A stretch of 64,000 bases of DNA from assembly GCA_951406725.2 (NCBI GenBank), contig OX597814.1, positions 136,772,001-136,836,000 on the forward strand, written 5' to 3'. How positions within the stretch are numbered: the stretch's first letter is position 1; each line of letters begins with the position of its first letter. Shown in pieces: positions 52,373-64,000 of this stretch. The position numbers and the translations under genes are program-made. Source of the DNA: Octopus vulgaris. Taxonomy: Eukaryota. The notes under the pieces are model-generated. The model worked only from the letters and a program-made list of their open reading frames with translations. It made no database searches and had not been told where the DNA came from.

Positions 52373-53633
52373 CTATGCATATATACCTATCAGCACAAAG
52401 TATATTGGTGGAACATTCTCATCAAAACCTCTACAAAATTCAAATGTAGCAGATCTGACATAGTTGTTTGAGACATAAAGCTTTGTATTGTCATGGAAGG
52501 TAGATTTTCTGCAGCTGTGAACAACTCTTCCAAAATCAGCGAATTCTCATGGAGTCGTACGCACACTGTCGGGAAATGTGGCGTGTCTTGGGATTTAAAC
52601 ACGAAGACCATTCTTCCTCAGCTGATTACAATCTATTGTTCGCAGAAAGAGAATGTACGGACGAAAGCGCGAAGTATCGACACCGGTACTGAACTGGTAC
52701 TTTATTTATCGATCCAGAAAGGATGACAGGCAACACTGACCTCCACCTGATTTGAACTCAGAACGCAGAAAGAAGGTATGAATGAATGCCGCAACACATT
52801 CTATCCGACTCTCTAAGGAACCAGCCAGTTTTCCGCCTTAGTTCACTTACAGAAATTCAAGTGCAAAAAAAAAGTGTACTGGAAAGTAACTATAGGATTT
52901 GCATGAAATGAAATGAGAAATGTGTCTTAAAAACTTAACCATTCAAGGAAAGATAAATTATCTATACAGACAGATACTGCAAGCATCTAAATATGATACG
53001 TGTCTGAAAAAAACTTAAATGTATTAACGACATCATTCCCAGAGCTAACAAATGATTATACGAAAAGAAATAAGCTGGCAAAATGAATAAGAAATAAACT
53101 TCTTGTGCAACATCAAGTCGCAAGATAAAAACTTGCTAAAATAAGAAATATTGAAAAAGAACTGAAATATAAAGTTTTTTCGATGTTGGAAATGATCACA
53201 CCAATTCACAATAAAAGAAGCAGGTCACTTGCCGATAACAAGTTCGTATCTCTCAGCTCGTACTTCCCACTTTGAGCATTGCAGGTTCGTATTTCTCACC
53301 TTGGCCCAAAACTAAAATACTGGAACGCATCCGAGAAAGTTAGTTATTGAGAAAGCTTCTGTATAATCGCTCTGCTTGACAGAAATAGTAGTCAAATCTC
53401 CCTCATATCACACACATTTAAAAATTTTAAAAAATGGATATATCAAACAGTAAGACCTAGATAAAATATGTCCGAAAAAAAAAAAAACAGAAACGGAATT
53501 ATCACGGTTAAAATATCTTTGACCATAAGCCTGCAGGGTAAAATACTGACATAAAAGCTAAGCAACAAAGTAACAACAAACAACTGAATGAATGGGTTTC
53601 AACTGAAAGATCTTGAGATATTAGAACAACTCT

Positions 53634-53900
53634 ATCTGGCTCTTTGTCGGTTACGACGCTAAGTGTTCCAGCTGATCCAATTAAAGGAACAGCTTGTTCG
53701 TGAAATTAATGTGCAAGTGGCTGAGCACTCCACAGACACGCGAACCCTTAGCGTAGTTCTCAGGGACTTTCGATGTGACACACCGAACGTGACAAGGATG
53801 GCCTATTGAACTACTAGTACAATTCATTTTTGCCAGATGAGTGGATTGGAGCAACGTGAAATAAAATGTCTTACTCAGGGATACAACGCGTAGTCAAGTA
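53634..53900 (-). mobile_element. SINE sharing the family C core with a different tail
   Basis: GAGTGGATTGGAGCAACGTGAAATAAAATGTCTTACTCA matches the family C core. Confidence 0.7.
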
Positions 53901-53904
53901 TCGA

Positions 53905-54115
53905 ATTTTATTCAACTGAATGCACGTCATTGATTGGTTGAAATTACCGAAATAGGACTACTTTAACGTGAAATTACTTCGTAAATATAAGTTTTTCTCA
54001 AAAATGCTAAGAGTAAAAGATGTTTTATATGACACATTCTACCAGTGTCCGAAGTTTGAAAGTGTTTAGTTACAAAAAATATTTTTAAAATCTGTAGGTC
54101 AAAAGGTAAAGATCC
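53905..54115. mobile_element. One-ended relative of the GGATC-TIR MITE
   Basis: 53990-54115 is a diverged reverse complement of 25128-25255 and ends in AAAGATCC. Confidence 0.75.
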
Positions 54116-54121
54116 GAATTC

Positions 54122-54335
54122 AGCGAGCTGGCAGAAACGTTAGCACGCCGGGCGAAATGCTTAGCGGTATTTCGTCTGTCTTTACGTTCCTAGTTTAAAT
54201 CTCGCCGAGGTCGACATTGTTTTTCATCCCCTCGGGCTCGATAAATTAAGTACCAGTTGCGTACTAGGGTCGATCTAATCGACTAGCCCCCCTCCCCAAA
54301 AATTTCGGGCCTTGTGCCTATAATAGAAAAGAATA
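54122..54335 (+). mobile_element. SINE family B, well conserved
   Basis: Complete head, core and tail. Confidence 0.92.
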
Positions 54336-55429
54336 TAGAAATTTTCTGCTGATATAATCAATTGCTTTCAAATCTAGCAGTGACAAATGATAACCAGGAG
54401 CTTCTATGTGGTGTCTAGATCGGCTAAAAGTAGCAGAGAGATTATCAGCAAATTACACTCCACCGTCTAATGAAAAACAATAGAGATAATGAGTCCAAGG
54501 TATACACAATGAAGAAATGGTTTCGACTTGAATGCTGTTGCCTATAGGTCTTCTTAATCAGGTTTAGCCAGTGGCTAAACAACAGCAGCAACAGAACCAG
54601 CAGCAGAAACAACAACAACAGCAGTAGCGGCACCAGTAGCGGCAGTAGCAGCAATAAAGAGAAGTGACACCGATATTCATTGGCAATGCAGTCAACAAGA
54701 ATTCGCTGTTGCTGATAAGATTAAGATAACAGGCTTCCGTCTGTAAAGCCGTTCTCTAATCAGCATACTCCAGCCTGGCAACAATGATGTCTGTATGATA
54801 GACATTATATAATGTTGTAATGACAGGTGCGTGGCCTAATGGCAAGGGTGTTGCCCTCGCGATAAAGAAATCGTGGTTATCGATTTTGGGGCCGGGCAAT
54901 ACGCTGTGTTCTCGACGAAACACTTCATATCACGTTACCCAAAAATTACTTCGACATTGGACCTGTGGCACACTGTGCATCTATACAGACAATGCCAATT
55001 TGTCACAATAAACAGACCATCTGTGCACGGTTTTTTCAGCAAGAAACTGTGGATTCTTCATCAGTTGTTTACGACAGAAGAGTCCACCATCTCTATGTAT
55101 ATGTATATATATATGTATATATATATAATGTATTTAGTATAGTATTATATAATACACGTACATGTATAAGTGTATATACATATTATATATGTTCTTTTAC
55201 TTGTTTCAGTCATTTGACTGTGGCCATGCTGGAGCACCGCCTTTAGTCGAACAAATCGATCCCAGGACTTACTCTTTGTAAGCCTAGTGCTTATACTATC
55301 GGGGTTTTTTGCCGAACCGTTAAGTTACAGGGACGTAAACACACCAACATCGGTTGTCAAGCGATGGTAGGGGGCAAACAAAGACACACAAATACATACA
55401 TACATATATGTATATATGTGTGTATGTGA

Positions 55430-55462
<33 letters not shown>

Positions 55463-55521
55463 TATGTGTGTATATATATTTATATATATATATACACATA
55501 TATGTGTATTATGTGTATATA

Positions 55522-55701
55522 CATATAAATACAGTGTACATTTAAACACATAAGAGGCATCCATCATAGGACTCCTTGCACGCTAGAGAGAACAGTTAAA
55601 TTCCAAACCACTATTAGAGATAGAATTTCGAAGGGAATGAAATAAGAGGCATCCTATGATGGATGCCTCTTATGTGTTTAAATGTACTCTGTATTTATAT
55701 G
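55522..55701. repeat. 50-bp inverted repeat with a nested 13-bp hairpin
   Basis: 55522-55571 pairs with 55652-55701 (1 mismatch); ATAAGAGGCATCC/GGATGCCTCTTAT at 55642-55673. Confidence 0.9.
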
Positions 55702-55799
55702 AATAATATATAGTCTATTGACTAAATGTTTACAAGCTAGGCCACTGGTAATGGAAATTTCTAATATTTCTGATTACCCTTTAATATTATATATATATA

Positions 55800-56340
55800 T
55801 ATACGACGAGCTTCTTTCAGTTTCCATCTACCAAATACAATTACAAGGTTTTGGTCGGTCCGAGGCTATAGTAGGAGACACTTGCCCAAGGTGCTACGCG
55901 GTCGGACTGAACCTGGAACCATGTGGTTGAGAAGCAAGCTTCTTACCACACAGCCACTCCTGCGCGGGCGTGGCTGTTTGGAGAGATGCTTGCTTCCCGA
56001 CTACATGGTTCGGAGTTCACTCCTACTGCGTGACACCTTGGGCAAGTGTCTTCCACTAAAGCCTCGGGTTGACCGAAGCCTTGTGAGTGGATTTGCTAGA
56101 CGAAAACTGAAAACCCATCATATATATCATGTGTGTGTGTGTCTTTGTGTCCGTGTTGTCACTCCACCATCGCTTGACAACCACTACTGGTTTGTTTACG
56201 TCCCGGTAAATTAGCGGTTCGGCAAAAGAGAACCGATAAAATAAGTACCAAGCAACATAAAAAGTAGTGAGATCGACACATTCAACTAAAAATTCCTCAA
56301 GACAGTGGTCCAGACTGAAACGAGTAAAATATAAAAGATT
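55800..56340. mobile_element. Head-to-head family A SINE pair
   Basis: The minus copy ends ...CAGCCACTCCTGCGC and is followed directly by the plus copy GGGCGTGGCTGT... Confidence 0.88.
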
Positions 56341-56699
56341 TATGTATATATGTATTTGCTTAACGTAGTATTCTTTTGGGGGTAAGAACTACCGGGGGAT
56401 GTTTGTGTATTGGGTGGCAATGTCCGTAGGATGTGACTCAACCCACGTAGATCTAAATTGGTAACATATATTCACCACTTTAAATAAAGTGCAAAACAAA
56501 AGAGCAGAAGAAGGAAACTCAATCTGTTAGAAATAGCAACCAAATTCTTTCACATTACACGTAATTGTGAAGGACACACATTAAGTAATGTAATAATCCT
56601 ACCAAAACATGGGATACACATGGCTGGAATAGCTTTAATGATCAGGTCTGCTCGATCAGGTTTAACTTTGAAAGTGCAACAAGAAGTGATCTGTGGCTC

Positions 56700-58300
56700 T
56701 TTAGTTTTTTTAATTCGATTGGTCGAGGGGAAGAATTGGTGATCATTTCCTTCGTAGGCCCTTCAGAGTTGGTGAAACGACGCGTTCAACATTCGTCTCG
56801 TAAGGAAAGTATATACGGAGAGTGAATTCTAGAGTGACGATGCTCTAGAAAGAAACGAATGGATGTGGTTGTTAGTGTGGGACCAGGGGTGGAATGACCA
56901 TAATATGGCTGATGAGAGACGAGTGAGTCGGTAGTGCCTAAGTTCGAACATGAGCGAAAGCGGTAGGAGAAATATTTCTTGGAGGAAGAGTGTAGAGAAA
57001 CAGGAAGAGTCGTGGCAGTGGAAAAGGTCGGGAGGGAAAGCAGTATGTCTGTGCATCAGATTTATGTATGTGAGGTACTTTATGCTTGTCAGTCGGGTGA
57101 GCTTATTTCGGATGCGTTCGAGAATATTTGCGTTTACAGAAAGGTTAAAAAAAAATCACCCCTTGTAGGATTTAAACTCAAAACACGTGGCATTTTATCG
57201 CGTTCTCTGCTGGTTCTATCAGTCACCACCCCGTTCCGACTATGTAAAAGAAAATAGAATAAAAAGATATGGAACTAAAAAAAAGAAAAAAATTGAATGA
57301 GGGAAAAAAAATCACTTCAAAAAGCAATGAAGAGCAAGTATTAAAATACCGAAAAATTGCATCAATCAATAACTAAGAGCAAAATGTATATATTTTTATT
57401 TATTGTTAGTAATTAGTGTCAGTTAATTACCACAATTTATTTATTAATAGCAATTAATGTCAGTTAATTCTCACAATCTTTCATTGCTGTCAGGCTTCAT
57501 TTGTTAAGGGTCAGGGGCATTTTTCATCTACCATAATATGAGATAACACCGCGACGATGTGTCTATCGGTTAAACCAGTTGATGAAATCCTTATTCGTTT
57601 TAGTACTGCCGTCAGATGTGAGAGCAGTATTCCAGAATTTGTATTCTTTTTCTTTCTTTCTTTCTTAAAGAGAACGGCTAGTCTTTTTGATGTTGTCTTA
57701 GTTATGTTAAGATTGTGCGTTCCTTAGAAGAGATCACCAGTGATGGTGAGGTCTGGAATTTGTTACATCCTTCTGAATTCTAGCCGCGTATTGTTGAAGT
57801 TTAGAGGAGGGAGTGCGGTGAGATTTTCTTGATGTGTGTTGTATTCAGACGAACTAATAGATGAAGAAGCTGTAACGGTTTTGTAAAAGTTGTCGTTGCA
57901 GCTGAGAAAAGGATCGGGGTTGTTTGATCAAAGTTTCTGTGAGTTGGACAGGCCAATGAAGATTGGTTATAATTTTATGTGACCTGTCCGAACCAATACA
58001 CATCTCGTAAGATAACAACGTTCGTTTCTTATAACAACATTACAAAATGAGCCAGAAGAGGTCATATCCAAACGGAGAAATGGACAAACTGAAAGAAGAT
58101 CAATGGCAGTGTAACAGGTAGGAGTATGTTACGTTGCTGCCAGCAACAAAAGCCTTGGACACATTTATTAGGGTAAATCCTGTACAGTTATGTTAAAAGT
58201 CGCATGGTGAGAGAAACAGCTGTTACCTGCTATCAACAGCTGGCAAGAGAATCCTGCCAGTCCCGTCTTTTTGTACATGAAGGATTACTAATTGTCTAAT
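56700..58300 (-). mobile_element. Possible very old PLE remnant
   Basis: Weak minus-strand resemblance to a GIY-YIG C-terminus near 56930-57130 and to an RT N-terminal region near 57520-57960; no intact motif. Confidence 0.3.
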
Positions 58301-58998
58301 ACGTTCTTACTTTTTTTTTTTAAACCAAAAACATTAAAATGTAATTTGAAGAAATTTGGCTGACATTTTTTTGCAGAGTAAGCCACTGAGTAGAAGAAAC
58401 CTCAGGTGACACAATATCATAAATTTGACGAGGAATTAGTACATTAAAAGACAGTGTCGACCTCGTCGGCATTAAAATTCAGAATGAATTCTTACTAAAC
58501 ACTGTAAGTCACTCAACGGTTTCTGTTATCCACTACCTTCCTTCATCTAAGCACAAACCATACATTGTAGTGGATCGGTATAGTCGACTCAGATATCATC
58601 GTTACATATTTGAACACCCGCTTCGCACCCTAGAAGGATGAAAGATAAAATTAACCGCTTCACACCTCAACGCCAGGATTTAAACTCAAAATAAAGGTCT
58701 TAACTGTATCGCATTTTACTCATCTATCTGTTAATTCTATAAGCTAACTACCTACCCACTCCGATTAAGCAATTAAAATAAAAGGGTATTTAATAAGAAA
58801 AAATTCTGGATGAGAAAAAGTGCAGACAATTTAATGGAAGAGACGAAACGAAGAGGAATTGAAATGTCAAAACATTTCATCGTCTATATCTAAGAGTATA
58901 CATACATACATACATACATACATACATACATACATACATACATACAAACATACATGCATACGTACATACGTGTGTGTATGTGTGTGTGTGTAAGTATT

Positions 58999-59092
<94 letters not shown>

Positions 59093-61494
59093 CAGATAGA
59101 TTTGTATTCTTTTATTCTTTTACTTGTTTCAGTCATTTCAATAATTAGTGCCGGTAAACTACCACAATTTATTTATTACAAGAAATTAATGCTTGTTAAT
59201 TCTCACAATTATTTGATAGTTGTTAGGCTTCACTTAGCAGTTTCCCAATCACATTGCTTTGGGTTCAGTCCCGCTGTATAGCACCTTGGGCAAGTGTCAG
59301 CTACTATTGCTCTGGGCTGACCAATGCCTTGTGAGTGGATTTGGTTGACAGAAACTGAATAGGCTTATTGCATGTGTGTGTCTGTGTGTATGTGTGTTGT
59401 CTCTCAGCACCTCTTGACAACCGCTGTTGACTTATTTGCCTCGTCGTAACTTGGCGGTTTGGCAAAAATGAGATCGATAAAACAATTATTAAGCTTAAAG
59501 GCGAGTATTGGTATCGATTTTTTCGACTGAAACCGCTCAAAAATATGCCTCAGCATGACCGCTGTCTTGTGACTGGAATTTATAGCTTTGGCTTTTAAAT
59601 GCCACCGATGTCAACTTTACCTTTCATCCTTTCGCAGTCGATAAAATAAGTACCAGTTAAGCACTGGGGTCAATGTAATCGACAAGCCCTCTCCCACAAA
59701 ATTTCAGGGTTTGTGCCTATTGTAGAAGAGATATCTAGTTTTATCTGTTTCGAGTTTAATCGTCCTCAAAACAAGAATTATTTTCATTACTTATTTCCTC
59801 GACCTTGTAGTTGGTATAAACCATCGAAGTTGTTAAGTCCTAGCCATCCCCATAACCCTCTTTTAGTACAGTACGATAACTATTTTGTTGAGGGTAATAA
59901 TGGGAGGAGAGGCGGTGAGCAAATTACAAGAGATCAGTGATCTGATCTTGTATAGTAACACTCAGAACTGTCGCTCTCTAAACATGAATGATACACATTT
60001 GTCTGGTGCTTTGTCTCACACCAACAACCTTGTCTAGACACGCTTCATTTACTGTTTTACATTTCACGACCGTTGTAAACAAAAACTTAAAACAACAGAC
60101 ACAACAACAAACGCGTTGATGACGGCAACGACCTTTGCAGACAAAAGATTTCAAATTGAATTTATGAGTTGTGACAGCGAACAGAGTAAATTTAACGAGT
60201 CTATTATTCAAAACATATAAACTACTATACATTCCAACATGTTGACGGAAGTATTTTATTTAAGAACTTCTACGATGCATAATTTATTAGTTTCAATTGA
60301 AAGAGGTTGCCTTCTCTTATTTTTTATAGGTTTATTTATATATTTATTTATTATTATTTTTCTTTTTAAGTTGAATACAAAGATAGGAAATGTTATAATT
60401 TCATAACGAAGTTGTCACTGAATTTTAAAACATCGTTTCACATCCGCGAAACAAAGACGTCTGCTTTTATTGTATTTTTTCTGTCCATTTCTTTTTTTAC
60501 TATTTATCTTTCTTTTCCCCCAGTGTTCTTTTCTTATGTATTTATTTATTCTTTTATCATTTGACACGGCCAACGCCTGTGTCATTTATACACGAACTGC
60601 AAAAGCTATCTAGTTGATTTAGGGAAAGGCTACTTATGTATTGAATGTTCAATTATAAAAAGGCCAACACCCAATAACTGCGTATGTAGACAAGAAGATA
60701 TGATTACATTTGAATTCGCGTCGTATTCATTTCCCGACGCTGTTCACGCAGACGTTCAACCAAGCTTACAGTTCTGGTTTCAAACCTTATTATAGAAACT
60801 CTCATTCTATCTATACCTTCTCACTCGTTCTTTTTCTCTCTTTTCAGTTCAATCTATTCAACTAATGAAATCTAGTCCATATGAATCTTAAAAGCATTCG
60901 TGTTCATAATATGATTAATTATTGGGCAGATAAGGTGGAGAATAGAAATAAATTACTTCGTGATATTTTGCTTCTTTTTCTTCCCTTTTTTTTTTCTTTC
61001 ATCCCATCCCGATCGATAAAACAAGTACACCCTCAAATAATATAAGCCCCAATCATCGAACCGCCGCAAATATGTGACTCTGTACTAATCTAATAAACTG
61101 TTTATGATTTTTCTACTATAGGCACAAGGCCTGTAATTTTGGGAGTGGGAACTAGTCGTTTCCATCGACCCCATGGCACAGCATGTACTTATTTTAGCGA
61201 ACTCGTAAGGATGAAAGGCAGAGTCGACTACAGCGAAATTTGAATTCAGAATGTAAAACTAGAATCTATTTGTGATTTGTCACGATGTAGGAGGAGATAT
61301 TCAGTAAGCACATCATAAATCAAAAGGTAAAACGACTCATCTGTCACCTTGAACTTACATCTGACATATCCACTGTATATATCTACCTTCACCAAAACTG
61401 TTGTAACGCAGCTACCCCTAAAATACCAGGACATACACGCATTCCTACAGTATTTTGTCACTACATACATACATACATACATACATACATACAT

Positions 61495-61797
61495 TTTTTG
61501 TTTGTTCCTTCTCGAACCATGCCTGGCTCATAAGGGCCGGTTTCCTGGTTTTCTTGGCGTATAGGTTCCCCAGCTGGACGGGATGCCGGTCCGTCGCAGG
61601 TGAGCTGCAAGATGCAGGAGGAAAGCTTGAGAGAAAGTTGTGGTGAAAGAGTCGGCAGAAGTTCGCCATTACCCTCTGCCGGAGCCGCGTGGAGCTTAGG
61701 TGTTTCGCTCATAAACACACACATCGCCCGGTCTGAGATTCGAATCCACGATCCCTCGACCGCGAGTCCGCTGCTCTAACCACTAGGCCATGTGCCT
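61495..61797 (-). mobile_element. tRNA-Arg(TCG)-derived SINE with a V-domain-like core (family D)
   Basis: Head GGCACATGGCCTAGTGGTTAGAGCAGCGGACTCGCGGTCG...GGATTCGAATCTC; core CCTGCGACGGACCGGCATCCCGTCCAG; inserted in (CATA)n. Confidence 0.85.
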
Positions 61798-61848
61798 TCG
61801 CACATACATACATACATACATACATACATACATACATACATACATACA

Positions 61849-61879
<31 letters not shown>

Positions 61880-61949
61880 TTACATAATATCGAGGTCTCT
61901 TTCATTTTTTTGATGTCTTACCATTTTTATCAATTTGTATATATATATA

Positions 61950-62184
61950 TTCTTTTATTTTTTATTCTTTTATTTGTTTCGGCAATTTGACTGCGACCAT
62001 GCTGGAGCACCGCCTTAAAGGGTTTTTGTGGAAGAAATCGACCCCAGGACTTATTCTTTGTAAGCTTAGTACTTATTCCATCGGTCATTTTTGCCGATCG
62101 GCTAAGTAAGGGGGCTGTGAACACTTCAACATCACTTGTTAAGTGATAATGAGGGAACAAAGACAGACACAAAGACACATACAC

Positions 62185-62278
<94 letters not shown>

Positions 62279-62330
62279 GTGACGGGCTTCTTTCAGTTTG
62301 TTACACTCACAAGGCGCTGGTCATTTTACG
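61950..62330 (-). mobile_element. SINE family A with internal (GATA)n
   Basis: Reverse complement of the family A tail and middle. Confidence 0.82.
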
Positions 62331-62886
62331 TCTATAACACACCTGGCCACTGTACATTACTGACCCTACTCTTTCGCAATCATGTGGGATCTATTATATA
62401 TTAATCCAGTTTTAATTTTTTATTTTCTGATTGAGTTAAGCACAAAAGAAACAAAAGGTTTAATCAACTGAAATGAGAAACAAAACTTAATACTAGTCGT
62501 TCATTTGAGCTCCTCAAGATAAACTGATATTGCAGAATCATAGCTACCCGGTCTTATCGCTACCTATCCAAGTTAAATGAAAACGAAGAACATTTTAAAT
62601 CTGTGAGCAGTTAAAGCATCTGAAATGTTGCATTTACAATCCAGACAAATGGACAGTCAATAGAGTGTCAGCAGAATGCTTTGCGCTATCTATTTTGATA
62701 TCCTACACGCTGAATTCAAATCACGCCAAGATTAACTTTGCCTTTCATCCTTTACAAATCGGTAAAAGAAACTTATTAGTCTAAGGCAGTGGATTGATGA
62801 AATCGTAACAGCGTCGGACCAGATGTTTTGTAGTATTTGTTCTGAGTCTATGTCTTCTGAAGTTTAGATCCTACAACAGCTTATTG

Positions 62887-63085
62887 CGGAGAGTTGGCAG
62901 ACTCGTTAGCATGCCGAGCAAAATGCTTAGCGGCATTCCGTCGGTCCTTACGTTCAAATTCCGCCGAGATCGACTCTGCCTGTCATCCTTTCGGTGTCGA
63001 TAAAACAAGTACCAGTTGAACACTGGGGTTGATGTTGTCGATTTACCTCTTCTCCTGAAATTGCTGGCCTTGTACCATTTGAATA
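62887..63085 (+). mobile_element. SINE family B
   Basis: Head, core TCATCCTTTCGGTGTCGATAAAACAAGTACCAG and tail. Confidence 0.85.
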
Positions 63086-63435
63086 CTGCCAACAAACGAA
63101 ACTTCATGAATAACTTTAGCGGGATTCACTTTGTTACTAGTATTCAGAGCAGATTTCCTATTTGACGATACATTCTCTCTTCCCTTCCATCAGTCTCGTA
63201 GGTCCTGTAAAGGATAATGGGCACTGCCTTCCCTATCGACAAAAAGATAAAAAGGGCAAGTATCCAAAAAGATCATACATTAAATTATAAACTTCCGCTT
63301 ACGAATACATTATATGTAAAGGCGATAGACTGGCAGTCATCAGAGCGTCAGAGTGCTTTTGCAGTAATTGTTCCGGCTCTCAGCGTTGCCTTTTATCCTT
63401 TCGGGGGTCGATAGAGTACTAGGAGTTAATTCTAA

Positions 63436-63573
<138 letters not shown>

Positions 63574-64000
63574 AAATTGGCTGCGTTCATATCTGGAGAG
63601 GAATAGGATCCGCCAGGTTCATATACCCAAGTCACCGTATATCACGAGAGCATTCCTGTTACTCTATTAAAGCTGAGGACGCCATCACTCATCATTCCAC
63701 TTAACGTGGACGTCCAGTGTCCCACATTACATTAGTCCAGAGGTACTCATTAGATCGGTCCGGAGCCCTGAGAGCAGAGGAAGAACTCGTGACTTGAACT
63801 TTGCTAAAAAAAATTCACACTCCGCTTGAAATTTGAAAGGAGTCATTCTTTCTGGAGCCAGAATGAAGACATGTCCCGCTTCTCGGTGGCACTGTTGCAG
63901 GTTGCAAAAACATCAGAAATGGGTATAGTAACCTGTTGTGATAGAAGCAAGTGTACGGCGGCCAGGTATGATAAAGGTAAGTATTTAATGGTCAGGTATA

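Noticed and set aside
61725-61797. tRNA-Arg-like sequence, and the similar head at about 43815-43883
   Set aside because: The acceptor stem is poor and the sequence continues into a SINE body, so these are SINE heads and not tRNA genes.

Overview
This is AT-rich, microsatellite-saturated eukaryotic DNA with no host protein-coding exon that I can recognise; it looks intergenic or intronic. The tRNA-derived SINE families and (TA)n/(GATA)n/(CATA)n load resemble an octopod cephalopod genome, which is an inference from repeat style only. Nearly all ORFs in the supplied track are microsatellite artefacts. The real coding remnants are all transposon-derived: a decayed L1/Tx1-like LINE (13.3-16.7 kb) with related fragments, R4/Dong-like RLE LINEs, a full-length mariner, a full-length Tc1, a DD41D fold-back, a Neptune-type Penelope-like element (PLE, RT thumb plus GIY-YIG), several MITEs and a Helitron-like element. 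The most interesting signal is a set of six loci with minimal type-I hammerhead ribozyme motifs in unrelated PLE-like tails (about 0.75, 30.4, 31.1, 34.15, 39.2 and 46.1 kb). Five have palindromic helix III (restored from two arms in two cases). Three sit at the turn of fold-back inverted repeats, and the 3-8 core pair appears as C-G, A-U and possibly U-A. Coordinates were counted by hand and degenerate element ends are approximate.
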